Program-made: the position numbers and the translations under genes
Part shown: positions 12,615-26,351 of the stretch, in pieces
Position numbering within the stretch: position 1 is the stretch's first letter
How the letters are laid out: every line of letters begins with the position of its first letter
Notes under the pieces: model-generated
Told to the model about the DNA's origin: nothing
Databases searched by the model: none
The model's input: only the letters and a program-made list of their open reading frames with translations
Source: Dictyostelium discoideum
Taxonomy: Eukaryota
DNA length: 64,000 nucleotides
Direction of reading: 5' to 3'
Assembly: GCA_000004695.1 (NCBI GenBank)
Contig: CM000153.2
Coordinates: 4,288,001 to 4,352,000 of the forward strand

Positions 12615-12973
12615 TCTTTAAATAAAATAAACTAAATTAATAAATAAGTATTATTCATCATGGTTATATGATTTACTTGTATTTTCAAAAATAATATTAT
12701 TTAATATTTTATTTAATAAAAAAAAAAAACATTGTCAATAGAAAAAAAAAATGAGAAAAAAAAAAAATGAGAAAAAAAAATTTTCTCATTTTATGATTTT
12801 AATTTTTTTAACTTTTTTTTTTCTTTAATTTTTTTTTATTTTTTTTTTTATTTTTTTTTTTTGGTTAACACTTTGCAAAAAATTAGCAATCATAAGAAAA
12901 ATAAAAAGAATAAAAAAAAAATAAAAAAAAAAAATAAAATAAAAAAAAATAAAATAAATAGTATTCATATAAA

Positions 12974-13005
12974 ATGGAGTTTTCATCCAAATCATTAAAT
13001 GTGAA

Positions 13006-13036
<31 letters not shown>

Positions 13037-13355
13037 ATTCATCAACTTGAATATGGTGAGCTTCCATTCTCCAGAAATCCTAATACTACCACAACCACTA
13101 CCACTACTTCTTCAATGAATTATAATAATAATAATAATAATTATAATAATAATAATAATAACTATGATAATTATTATAATCACCACAATACTAATAATAA
13201 TGGTATTAACTTTCATAGTAGAAATTTACAACCATCAATTCAACAAATTATTCAGCAACAAGTTCAACAACAAGTTCAACAACAAGTTCAACAAGCATTA
13301 CAACAAACTTCATTACAACACCAATACCAACAACAACAACAACAACATCATCATC

Positions 13356-13423
<68 letters not shown>

Positions 13424-14708
13424 TCTCAAAATTCAATTGAACAAATTAAATATGATTGGTTAAAAACTGTTGCATCTATATTACCCTCAATAGAATTATC
13501 CGTTGCAATCAAAGCAACCAATGATTTTGATAACATTGATGATTTAGTTCAATACTTAATGAATTACACTGCAACAAAAGATGATAATGAAATCTCAATC
13601 AATAATAATAATATCAATAATAATAACTATAATAATATCAATAGTAATAGTAATAGTAATAGTAATAGTTATAGTAATAGTTATAGTAATAGCAATGGCA
13701 ATGGCAATGGCAATACAAACACAAACACAAATATAAATATAGATAATACTAATAAGGTAAATGATGAACCAATTAAAACTACTACCACTACCTCAACAAC
13801 TACTACTACTACTACTACAAAACCACCAACTGCAAATATAAAGGGTCAATTAGATGATGAACAAAGAGAAATCGTAAGATTATTAGATGAAGAAATGAAA
13901 TTAGAAAAAGAAAGATTAATGTTAAAAGAACAACAAGAAAAAGAATCAATGGCTTTTATTTTATCAGAATTTAAAGATGATATTGATGTGTAATATCATA
14001 TATATATATATATAAATAATTATAAATCATATTTCCTAATATTAATTTTTTTTTTTTTTTTTTTATTTTTTATTTAAATAGTGATAAAAATAATGAAAAT
14101 AATAATAAAAATGATTCAGAATATATTAAAAGATTATTAGAGCAAGAACAAAATGAATTAGAAAGAAAAAGAAGAGATGAAGAATTTAAGGAGAAGGTAA
14201 TGTTAAATAGATACTTGGAAGAAGAGAAAATTAAAAAGGATTTAGAATTGGAGAATAAGAGATACGCTTGTGAGATTTGTTTTAGTGATGATCTTAAAAT
14301 TGACCAAATGTATACATTAGATGATTGTCATCATCGTTTCTGTAAAGAATGTCTTTCTCAACATTTCAAGAGTAAAATATTTGATGGTGATTGTAAATCA
14401 ATTCAATGTCCAGATACAAAATGTCGTAGATTGGTTAATTATCAAGAGATTAAACATAATGTCGACAAGATAACAATGGCAAAATATGAAGATTTCTTAT
14501 TAAAAACCACTTTGGAAGAAGATCCAAATTCTAGATTTTGTCCACGTCCAAATTGTAATAACGCTATGATTGGTGACTCTGATACTGTAACTATGATCAT
14601 TTGTACAAATGAATCTTGTAGATATACTTTTTGCTTTAATTGTAAATCAGAATGTAAGTTTTATTTTTTTAAAAAAAAAAAAAAAAAAAGATTTAAAGTA
14701 TTAAATCG

Positions 14709-14747
<39 letters not shown>

Positions 14748-15039
14748 TTAATATTAACTATGATAATAATTTTTTATTTTAAATTTAATAGGGCATAAAG
14801 ATATGACTTGTAAACAATGGAGCGAATTCAAAGTTTTAAAAGAGACATCAAACCAAAGATTCGAAGAATGGGCAAGAGAAAACACTAAACCTTGTCCAAA
14901 ATGTAAATCAAAGATTGAAAAAGATGGTGGTTGTAATCATATGACCTGTAAATTATGCAAACATCAATTTTGTTGGTTATGTTTGGATGTATATACTAAA
15001 ACTCATTTTAGTGGTGGAAAATGTAAACAAAACTCTTAA
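12974..15039 (+). CDS. RBR-type (RING1-IBR-RING2) E3 ubiquitin ligase. It has a long N-terminal poly-Asn/poly-Gln region and a UBA/CUE-like helix motif. Exons: 12974..13989, 14082..14653, 14792..15039 (introns 13990..14081 and 14654..14791).
   Basis: The three listed ORFs (12974..13993, 14200..14712, 14803..15039) join in frame through GTAAT…AAATAG and GTAAGT…TTTAATAG introns. The joined product has RING1 ([33 protein letters not shown]…CPDTKC), IBR ([16 protein letters not shown]…[18 protein letters not shown]) and RING2 ([31 protein letters not shown]). Upstream is [44 protein letters not shown] (UBA/CUE-like), then a coiled-coil [19 protein letters not shown]. Confidence 0.8.
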
Positions 15040-15416
15040 ACAAAAAAAAAAATAAAAAAAAAAAAATAAAAAAAAAAAAATAAAATAAAAAAAAAAAATA
15101 AAAAAATAATAATAAAATAATAATAAAAAAGATAAAATAGTTATGAATAATATTTTAGTGAACTGTAATTTTAATTTGATTAAAAAAAAAAAAATAATAA
15201 TAATAAAAAATAATAATAAAATAAAAATTTAATAAAGATAAAATAGTTATCAAAAATATTTCGAAATTTCAATTTGATTGCGACTATTTTTAAATGACGC
15301 CATTATTAATATCTTTGGTTTGGGAATTTTAATTATTTTTATTTTTTTTTATTTTTATTTTTATTTTTTTTTTTTATTCATTTTTTTTTTTTTTTTTTTT
15401 TCAAAGAGTCAAAAAA

Positions 15417-15451
<35 letters not shown>

Positions 15452-15509
15452 CTTTAATTTTCGTTTTTGTAATTACAAATTAAAAGGAAATCATCAACAA
15501 CAACAAATA

Positions 15510-16165
15510 ATGAGTGGTGAAAAGAAGGAATATCCAAAAGAACATATTGATTTATATCAACAAATTAAATGGAATGGTTGGGGTGATACAAGAAAATTCC
15601 TTCACCAATTGAAACCATCTGGTACTATTGCAATGACAACACCAGAGGTATCAAGTGTACCATTACCATCACTTAGAGGATTTATAAAGAAAGAATTAAC
15701 TTTACCAGGTGAAGAAGATAAACCATTCGTTTTAGATGAAACACCAGCATTACAAATTGAAAATATTCATGTAGACCCACCAAAACAATATCCTGAATTT
15801 GTTAGAGAATTAAAAGCATTCTTTTTACCTGATCAATTAAAAGATGATAAATTAGCACGTATTACTCATACTTTTGGTAAATCATTAAGAGATTTAATTA
15901 GAGTTAGAATGTAATTATTTAGTTTATAATACATATTATCATATATATATATATATATATATATACATACATATATACATACATACATACATACATACAT
16001 AAATACATACATACATACATACATACATACATACATACATACATACATACATACATACATACATACATACATACATACATACATACATACATACATACAT
16101 ACATACATACATACATAAATACATACATACATAAATACAGACACACATCATCACACGTCATCGTA

Positions 16166-16221
<56 letters not shown>

Positions 16222-16340
16222 CCATCACACGTCATCATACATCATCACTACATAATCATAATCATGGTCAATATTTTTATCATGATAAAAAATATATATT
16301 TTATTATAATTAATTATAATAATTATTAATATAATTTAAT

Positions 16341-16383
<43 letters not shown>

Positions 16384-17817
16384 GGACAAGTTAAGAATGC
16401 ACCAGATTTAATTGTTTTACCACATTCACATGAAGAAGTTGAAAGATTAGTACAACTTGCACATAAATATAATGTAGTAATTATTCCAATGGGTGGTGGT
16501 TCAAATATTGTTGGTGCAATTGAACCAGTATCAAATGAAAGATTCACAGTATCAATTGATATGAGAAGAATGAATAAAGTTTTATGGGTTGATCGTAGAG
16601 AGATGACAGCATGTATTCAAGTTGGTATTATGGGACCAGAATTAGAAAAACAATTACATAAACAAGGTGTTAGTTTAGGTCATGATCCAGATTCATTTGA
16701 ATTCTCAACATTGGGTGGTTGGTTAGCAACTTGTTCATCAGGTCATCAATCTGATAAATATGGTGATATCGAAGATATGGCCGTTAGTTTCAGAACTGTA
16801 ACACCAACTGGTACATTGGAACTTAGAAATGGTGCTCGTTCAGGTGCTGGTATCAACTATAAACATATCATTCTCGGTTCCGAAGGTACTCTTGGTATCA
16901 TAACTGAAGCCGTTATGAAAGTACATGCTGTACCACAAGCTGTTGAATACTATGGTTTCCTTTTCCCAACTTTTGCTCATGCTGTATCTGCCCTCCAACA
17001 AATTCGTTCCTCAGAGGTTATTCCAACAATGATTCGTGTTTACGATCCAGAGGAAACTCAATTAAGTTTTGCTTGGAAACCAAGTAAAGGTGCTGTAAGT
17101 GAATTCACAAGTGCAATGGTTAAAAAGTATCTTCATTACATTCGTTCCTTTGATTTCAAGAATGTTTGTCTCTCTATCATTGGTTTCGAAGGTCCAAAGA
17201 AGGTTGTAGATTTCCATAGAACTTCAGTTTTCGATATCCTCTCCAAGAATGCTGCCTTTGGTTTAGGTTCTGCTCCTGGTAAAACTTGGGCCGAAAAAAG
17301 ATATGATCTTCCATATATTCGTGACTTTTTACTCGATCATAATATGTGGGTTGATGTCGCTGAAACTACTGTCTCCTATGCTAACCTTCAAACACTTTGG
17401 AAGGATGCTAAACAAACCTTTGTCAAACACTTTAAAGATCAAGGTATTCCAGCTTGGATTTGTGCTCACATCTCTCATACTTACACTAATGGTGTTTGTC
17501 TTTACTTCATTTTCGCCTCCAAACAAAATGAAAACAAAGATATGGCTCAATACATTGAAGCAAAGAAACTCATGACTGATATCATCTTCAAATATGGTGG
17601 TTCTCTCTCTCATCATCATGGTGTTGGTTATGAACATGTACCATGGATGACTCGTTATGCTACAAGAGGTTGGATCAACGTTTATCGTTCTCTCAAAGAA
17701 ACTATCGATCCAAAAGATATTTGTAATCCAAGAAAATTAATTCCAACAATTAAAGAAGAAAATAATAAAGAACCATTCTTATTTGATGTTGTTAATGTTA
17801 AATATCCAAAACTCTAA
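15510..17817 (+). CDS. agps: Alkyldihydroxyacetonephosphate synthase (alkyl-DHAP synthase, AGPS; FAD-binding PCMH-type). Exons: 15510..15910 and 16383..17817. Product 611 aa.
   Basis: Exon 1 (MSGEKKEYPKEHIDLYQQIKWNGWGDTRKF…RDLIRVR) ends at a GTAATT donor. Exon 2 begins after an …AAAAG acceptor and continues IGQVKNAPDLIVLPHSHEEVERLVQLAHKYNVVIIPMGGGSNIVGA… (FAD-binding domain), then the C-terminal domain (…HHGVGYEHVPWM…ICNPRKLIP). Length and N-terminus match my memory of D. discoideum alkyl-DHAP synthase, for which a crystal structure exists. Confidence 0.9.
15940..16225. repeat. Compound microsatellite inside the alkyl-DHAP synthase intron: (TA)~12, then (TACA)~45 with TAAA variants, then (CAT)~19.
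   Basis: Directly visible at 15941-15964 (atatat…), 15965-16140 (acatacatacat…) and 16160-16225 (catcatcat…). The ORFs 15866..16161(-) and related ones are artefacts of this repeat. Confidence 0.95.
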
Positions 17818-17950
17818 AAAAATAAAATAAAATAAAAATTTTAAAAAAAAAAAAAAAAATTAATAAAATAAAATTATTATCAAAATATTTTGATTTAAAA
17901 CATAATATAAATTTTATTTTTTGTTTTTTTATATATTTATTTATTTATTT

Positions 17951-18598
17951 TTAATATTGACCATTATCGCAAATTGAAAACACTGGTGATTTTTTACTAC
18001 ATTCTGGTAATGTTATAAATTTATAACCAGTTTGGTTCGAAGAATTACATGTATTTGTTGAATTATATATATTTTCATATGCCAAAGTGGAATTACATTG
18101 AAGCATATTTGAACCTGCATTACTAAATAAACATGTATTTAATAAAATATATTCCATTTGCCAAACATCTTCTTTCCAATTATCATTTTCGCAGGTTGAA
18201 TGAGTATACCAAACTTGATAGGTATTACTTGGTATTTCAATTGATTCAGTACAAATATATTTCTCTGAATTTGTACAATTATTTTGTTCAACTCTAATTC
18301 TTTCTTTAATATCACCTGTACAACCTTGTTTTGAATAAATTATATTTTCAATAGAACCATCCTCTAAACAGACCACTCTTGAAATTCCTTCAAATCCACA
18401 AATACCTGTTTTTAAATATGCCGCTGATAATAAATCTCCTTCACATGTATTTGAATTTGTATACATTTCAGTTTTTAACCAATTATATGTTGTTGATGAT
18501 GCATCTGATGAAGTATATGAAGAATCATTTCTTAATTCTATTGATAATATACATACAATTGATACTAATAATATAACAAAACTAATTATTAATCTCAT
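17951..18598 (-). CDS. Secreted cysteine-rich, N-glycosylated protein, 215 aa, with signal peptide MRLIISFVILLVSIVCILSI.
   Basis: Complete ORF with N-terminal hydrophobic leader, about 18 Cys and many NxS/T sites. No specific family recognised. Confidence 0.55.
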   Translation of the reverse strand: MRLIISFVILLVSIVCILSIELRNDSSYTSSDASSTTYNWLKTEMYTNSNTCEGDLLSAAYLKTGICGFEGISRVVCLEDGSIENIIYSKQGCTGDIKERIRVEQNNCTNSEKYICTESIEIPSNTYQVWYTHSTCENDNWKEDVWQMEYILLNTCLFSNAGSNMLQCNSTLAYENIYNSTNTCNSSNQTGYKFITLPECSKKSPVFSICDNGQY

Positions 18599-18623
18599 TT
18601 TATTAAATTATTCGTTTTAGTTT

Positions 18624-18654
<31 letters not shown>

Positions 18655-19438
18655 GATTTTTTTTTATTTTTATTTTATTTTTATTTTGAAATTATTCTGA
18701 AAAACCAAAAGACAGGATTTTTATTTTTTTTTATTTTTATAAAATTAAAAAAAATTTTATTTAGCGTGGGATATGACAGGTAATATGTAAAAATGAAAAA
18801 AAAAAATTGAAATTTAATCAATAAATATTAAAATTTTAAGGTGTCCCCAAGAAAATGGTGCACTACCTGCAGTTAATTTGTTATTTTTTTTTTTGCTGCA
18901 ACTTTTTTGATGGGGGTCATTTTGCCTTCAAAAATATTATTTTACTTTTGTGCCAACAGTTTTTTTTTTTTTTTGGTATAGATGAGCGATTTAAGTTGAA
19001 TCAATTTTATTTTATAAAACCAACAGCATTTAACAAAGATTAAACTTTTTTAATGAAAAATGGAATAGAAAATGAGTTTTAATTAAAAGGTTTTTTTTAA
19101 AAGTTTTAAGGATTATATCTTTATAATCTTTTCTTAATTAAATTATACTCTTGGATTTATTTCAAATTCTTGATCAATTTGGAATTTAATTTATTTTTAC
19201 TGTTTAATAATGTCAATAAATATTGTTGTTATATAAAGTACCCGATACTCACATTATTTTTCTGTATTATACCTAAAAGTAGATATTGCAATTTTCTTGG
19301 GAAAACACAAATGAATATGAAATCTATAAAAATTATAATTTTAAAATTTTTTTATATTTATTTATTTGTTTTTTTTTTATTTATTTATTTATAAATTTCG
19401 TTCGTTTTTTTATTTTATTTTATAATATTTTTTTATTT

Positions 19439-22400
19439 TTAAAGTAATGGAGGTGGTTCATCATTTTTACCAAGGGAGGTAGAATTGAAAGAAGTTGAAG
19501 TTAAGAGACCAACAGAAGTAGCAGAAGTTCCACCAGTTAATAGACCAGCAGTATTTGCAGCAGGGCCAGTAATGAAAAGATCATGACTTTGGGAAGAATA
19601 AGAGGCCCAAATTTCTGATTTATCTAAAATTTCAGTGATAATTTGACCATGTAATGGATCCATTTCTAATTTCTTAAGGTAATTTACAATTAAAGCTTGA
19701 GTGGTTGGAGATACACCTTTACCTCTTTCCAAGAGTTTCAAAGATTGATTAATAAAGTCACTACGAGCGGCTTGTTCTGAAAGACAAGTTTTTTCACAAC
19801 GATTGAGTGCCAAAATTTTACCAATACATTCAGCGGTCAATGGTAAGTTATCATTTGGTAAAGAGACGGCTCTAGCGAGATGACTCCAAACATTACCAAC
19901 TTTAGCTAAATGATCAACACATACTTGACTCTCTGACATTGAATGAAGAATATTGATCATCAATGAACGAATTTGTGATACACTATGACCCAATAATGGA
20001 AGAATCTTTTCAATGTAACCAGTGGAAGGTAATTGATCAGAGAGAACATTATGATGTTGGAATAATGAAATGATAGCCAATGACAATGGTTGAATCTTTG
20101 GATCCAAAGTAGAGTTAACTTCAGAGGTACTTGCGAGTTTTAAGAGTAAATCGAAAACATCTAAAAGGAATTTACGTGGATTACGTAATGACCAACCTGG
20201 TTGTTTAAGGAATAATGAAATGTAAACACCACCAATGACCAATTCATCCTCGCCACCGAGACTATATGAAACTTGGTAGTCTTCTGATGGTAATTTCCAA
20301 TGAAGATTGTAGGTTCTTGCTTGTACCAATTGAGCTTGATATTCTTTTTGCATCTTTGTAAGTGTTTCTTTTAAGTGGGCACGTGTATTATTATTCCAAA
20401 TTAACTCTGGATTTTCATGTTGAGCATCGAATACCATAACGGTTTGTTGCGGATCCTCTGTCATTGTTGAATTGAAAACTGGTGGAATGAATTTACCAAT
20501 TAATAGAATAACCCTTGGACCATGTACTTTATCAATGATCATTCTACCTAAAACACCAACAGCTTTAATACGATTTTCCATTGTAATTTGATTGTTTGAG
20601 AAAACATCCAATAAGTAAACTAAACCACAATGATTAATGGTATCTATAACGTGTTGAGAAATTGCAACCAATGAATGTTCTACCTTTAATGCTAATTCCA
20701 AAGTAGCAGGATTTGGTCTTGCTAAAAGTTGTAACAAGTATGGAAGTAAACTACCCTCTGGTTCAGTGGCCAATTGTGAGATATGATTAATACATTCAAT
20801 ATTGGAAGTTACCAATAACAATGACTCTAAAGCAAGCTTTTGAATCTTTTGATTGTCTTGATGAGCCAAGAAACTGAATAACAATCTCATACGATTTGAA
20901 CCGGCCATATTATAAAGATTTGGATTGACTTTTCCAAATTGTACAACATTTCTTAAAGACTCTAAAGCTTGAGTAATCTTCCAAATGTAAAGATCCCAAA
21001 GTTTCTTATCTGGATTTCTGACTGGACATTCGTTGGTGGTTCTTTCCTTTGCCAAGAATTCTACCAAATGAGCAAACAACTCTTGAATTGGTGTGGTAGC
21101 ATTGGTTGGAGCTGATGGATTGGCATTGTAAACACGTAAATAATAACCACCAACTTTGAGTTCGTTGGATAATGATTTATAAGTGAAAGTATCAGTTGAG
21201 AATGGATGAATTGTGGTTGGATTACAATAGGCATCATCTAATCTCTTATTAAGGTATTCCATAAGATCTTCTCTGGTGGAATTATTCCAAATGAATGCTG
21301 CAGTTTCATGTTTAGTATTCATTTCTGTTAAAAGTTTATGATAATGTTTACTTGGAATGGTACCAATTGGCATCTTTAATCTCAATACAATATGTGGTGT
21401 AAGGAAAACTGTAACCATATCTCTAACCATCTTATTAAATTCAGTTTCTGGTTTTTCCATGTATTCTTTTAATTCTTTTTGATATTTTTGTTGAGCTGCT
21501 GCTTCTTTTTGAGCTTGTGCTGCAGCTTCCTTTTGAGCTTGTGCTGTAGTTGAAGATTGAGAGTTTTGAGTTGGTGATGAATTAATTTGTGATGTATTAA
21601 TCTTTTGTTGTGTTGAAAGTTGATTACCTGGTTGTTGTGGTGGTGATGATGATGATGATGATGATGATGATTGTTGTGGTTGTTGTTGTTGTTGTTGTGA
21701 TGGTTGTGATTGTTGAGTTGGTGATGAATTTGAAGTTGTTGAATTTGTAACACCTCCACTACCACCTAATGGGTCAATAGTTGGAGTTGAAGTTGAAGTA
21801 GTTGGTGCAGATTGTGATTGTTGTGGTTGAGTAGTTGGACTACCACCAGTGATTTGTAATTGACCATTTAATTCAGGAATTGGAACAGCAATTGGACCTT
21901 TTGGAACTTGAACAACAGGGGCAGCTGGTTTTTTAACTGGTTCAGTTGGTTTATCTGATGGTTCAACGTAACCTTCCATATCTTCTTCAGATTTAATACC
22001 AGAGAAACGTCTAATAGATTTCAAAGATAATTTAGCATGAATATTTGCAATCATGATTCTATTGGAATCAGTGTTTACAGTGATACCACTATTGAAGAGG
22101 GTATGATCATAACCATATAATAATCTAAGAAGATGCCATGTAACACCAGCATTAATAATGGATTGTTGTAATTCATCATCTTCACGGGCGAATTGATAAA
22201 CAGCCTCCAATGCATAGGTGACAATATGTGGATGACTATAGGAGAGATAAAGACATTTACAAATATTTTCACAGATTTTCAATGAAAGATTATTGGCTTC
22301 CAATTGTTTACGTGAGCCTGGGAATTTAGCCATAACAGCAAAGGTTCTTAAAGCAGATCCAATAACTTCACCTGGAATATCGGCACCACCATCTTGATGA

Positions 22401-25400
22401 TCATTGATATTGAATTTAGATGATCTAATAGTGATTAAAGCATTACCAGTAGTTGGTGATGGTGTAGCGGTTGCTTTTGGAGCAGATTGTTGTTCAGTGG
22501 TTGAATTAAAATCTGGTGGATTAGTTGAGGAAGTTGAGGTTGAACCATCTTTATTTGGTTCAGGTAAATCACCTTTATGTTGTTTACCAGCGAATGATGG
22601 TGAGATTGGAGTAGTTTGAATGATAAGTGTTGGAATATCAATTGGTTGGAAGGTAATGGTAACAGCTTTATCAAAGCATTTAGCAATGATTGGTACACCA
22701 TTGTTTCTAGTGATTTCTTCGGAATTCAATGGTGAAGCTTCAACGGTTAAATATAATAAAGCCATAGCAGGTGAAATCAATGGAGTCTTATTTGTATTAT
22801 CAAATGCTTTATCATTAACCAAGAGTTCATTAATTAATTTCCAAAGTTGTGGATAAGCTGGATATTTGAATGGTCTGAATAAATCCATGAAACGAGTGTA
22901 TAGAATGACTTGAGTTAATAATAACAAAGAGATCTTCTTATCAGAACCTCTTTCATTATCGATATTGTTAACAGTGGAAAGGAGTTCATAAGCTTCTTGA
23001 ATCTTTTCAAACATTTCTCTACCATCTGGATTTCTATCTGGATGATATTTAACAGCCAATTTATAGTAAGCCTTACGAATATCATCATCTTTATAGTTGT
23101 GAGCTTTACCATTGGCACCTTTATTTGGTTTCAAATTCAAGACTTCCAAAGCCTCATCGACAGACATTGATTGTGGTGCTTTTACAGCTTCCTCAGACCA
23201 AACCAATAAAACTGATTTAAAGAGTTCTAATGGTTGTTTTATTGGCCAATTTGGGAACTTACGAGTGTTACAAAGACGTGATAAATAGAAAGAGTGACAG
23301 AATAATTCACCTTCCAACTCTTCGAATACAATCTTTGGAATTGGAACATATTCATAGATGGTTGTAGTATTTGAATGAAGACGTTGTGGTAATGAAGCCA
23401 AATGAAGTTCTATCTTTTCTCTCATAACTTTTCTCATTGAACTATTCCAAATGGTTTCTGGATCATCATTATCTGAAAGGAATTTAGATGAGAAATTCTC
23501 TGGTGTATAGTTCTCCAAATAACAAATCAAAGCCTCTGGTAATAATGGTAACAAAATTGAACGACGACTCAACGATTCATCACTAGTGATTAAATGTTGT
23601 TTGTTATGAATGATTTGTAATAATTGAACGATTGGAAGTACATTTGAATTTGGATATAACATCATAAAGAAGAAAGCACCAGTTAAATAGAATTTACTTG
23701 TGACAATGCTATTATCTACCAATAATGATGCCAATAGGGTTGCAGTTTTCTCTACTAAAATATCTTGACCCGATAATAATACTTGAACAATTCTTGGAAG
23801 ATTTAATGGTTCACAAATGATTCTCTTTACTCTTGGTAATGGACGAATTACAGCATGAGTAACTGGATGACGTGTTGGTCTAAAGCTACAGAGAGCATTT
23901 AAGATATCCAAAATTACACTACCTAATTCTGCTTTTGGTAAGACTCCACCAACATTACCATGGGTAAGACCATTCATAATGGTCCAACGAAGTTCTGGAA
24001 TTTGATAAAGTGGTTTCCATTTCTCAGTACCTTGAGCCCAACATTTGGTATTTCTATTGATTTTCTTTGAATTCAACAAGTCAAAGAGATCGGTTCTAGA
24101 GACAGGACCAGCTTTTTGTTGTTGAATGACACCACTACCTTCTTGTTGAACATCGACAGCATAATACCATTCTGGTAATAGTTTACCTTCTTCACCATAG
24201 GTGTAATGAGTATGAATCAATGTAATTAAATCCAATAATCTATAGATACCACGATTATCAATGAAAATCTTGGCATTTGATTTAACTTGAAGTAAACTAC
24301 GAATAAACAATAACAAACGATCTCTAAGGATAACATCGAATGTATTCTCTAGTAATTCGATTAAATGTGAAAGATTTGAGAATGGATGAGTCATTGATGG
24401 ATGAGTATGATAATGAGTGAATACCAATGTCATTGCACGTAAACAAAGAGCTTTTTGATCGGCTGATTCATTTAAGAGGAAGTTTTGCCATAACTCGTTA
24501 AAGAATAAACCTGGATTAATGAGTTTAATACCTTTGCTAGTGCCATCAACCAATAAAGAGATATAATAACCACCGACAGAGATCTCCTTCTTTAATGATG
24601 GATAAGGAACCTCGAAATCTTCATCATTCCATGCGATTGGTTCTCTACCAGCGGCTTCCAACTCTTGTTGGAAGAGACGAATTTCATTATCCATTGATTC
24701 TCTCAACTCTTCACGAGTTGTATGATTCCAAATTAGATTTGCATCACGATGATCTTGATTGAATTGATGGAAAAACATTGCCCAATTGTAAGGTCTCATT
24801 GGTTTAGTTTCCTTTCTAACACGAGTGGTTGCCTTTGCCATGAGTTCTCTGGTTTTAATGATCTTTTTCATTCTCCAATTGGCAAACACACCCAATTTAA
24901 TATGTTTTGGACCGGTTGTACCTTGTTTACTTTCTAACAATTGTTCTTTTGGTGCCTCCTCTTGTGAATCCAAGAATTGAACTAAACCTCTTGGGAAAAT
25001 TCTATCCAAAAGTTGACGACAAACTTTATTCTCTGCAGTCCAAAGTGAAATCAATTGTTTACTCATTTCTCTCTTTGATTGATTTCTAAGATTGGTTGGA
25101 TTATTTTGATTGGAATTAATCTTTAAAAAGAGTGAATCATGTAAATGACGTAATAATGCTCCTTCAACCACTGAAATGATTTGCATTTGTTTGGCTAATT
25201 CTTCTTCACCTTCATTAATAACAACTGACATTAACATACCTGCATTCTTTGAAATGGCTGGACATTGATGTACAAACAATTTAAATAAATCTTTACCTAA
25301 TTTACCAACTCTTGTTAATAAATCATTAAAAATGGTTGAATCTGTTGTTTCACTATATGGATCACATAATAATAATGTTAATAATTCAATTGCTGAACTT

Positions 25401-25656
25401 AAAACTAATGATCCTGTACCTGCTGATGAATGTTTTTGAATAATCTAGAAGGAAAAAAAATAAATAAAAAAAATTGGTTAATAATAATTTTTAATTTTTT
25501 TTTTTTAATTATTTTTACATACTTCAAATATAGTTTTATTCAAATCAATACTAAGGAATAATTCTCTCTTATTTGCTTGGCATTGACCTGGTTCGTAATC
25601 ACCTTCAAATGCTATATAAAAATAAAAAAAATAATTATTAATAAAAATAATAAAAT

Positions 25657-25687
<31 letters not shown>

Positions 25688-26283
25688 GAAATTTACCTGG
25701 TTGAATTAAAGCAATTAATAAATCTAAAGCATAATAAGCAATAGTATCATCAATACATTGAATTGATTTTCTTAATAAATTAATTAATGGTACTTTGCAA
25801 TGTGGGAAATGAGTAAATAATTCGAAACCAACTCTAGTTGCAACGACTCTTCTTAACATTTGTAAAACTACTGAAATTAATTCTAAATCATTTTTATCAT
25901 CTTGAGTTGGTAATTGTGGTGAACCTGGTGTTGATAAAGCTGATGATGATGATGATGATGATGAACCTAAACCTGAAATCTTTAATCCACTCAAAATCTT
26001 TTGAATTGCATTCAATACAACTTTACCATTCTTTTCTGAAAATGTATTACTTAAACCTGAATATGGAATGTTTGAAATGAATCCATCTAAACTTAAAGTA
26101 ATTTGTGATACTGATAAATTTTCAAAATCAAATGTTTTATTTTCAAATAATCTAATATATGATTCTTGTACATCCTATAAATAATAATAATAATAAAAAA
26201 ATAAAAAAAATTATCAATATAAATTAACTTTTTTTTTTTTTTTTTTATAAAACTATATTTTTTTTTTTTTTTTTTTATAAAAC

Positions 26284-26351
<68 letters not shown>

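Noticed and set aside
15866-16161. Three overlapping minus-strand ORFs (MYVCMYVC…)
   Set aside because: These are translations of the (TACA)n intron microsatellite of the alkyl-DHAP synthase gene.
21469-25089. Short ORFs on both strands inside 19439..25279 (for example 21469..21765-, 22404..22619+, 22915..23118-, 24749..24937+)
   Set aside because: They are antisense or off-frame within the 6-kb RME-8 exon. The His/Asn-rich 21469..21765 product mirrors the Ser/Gln-rich linker of RME-8.
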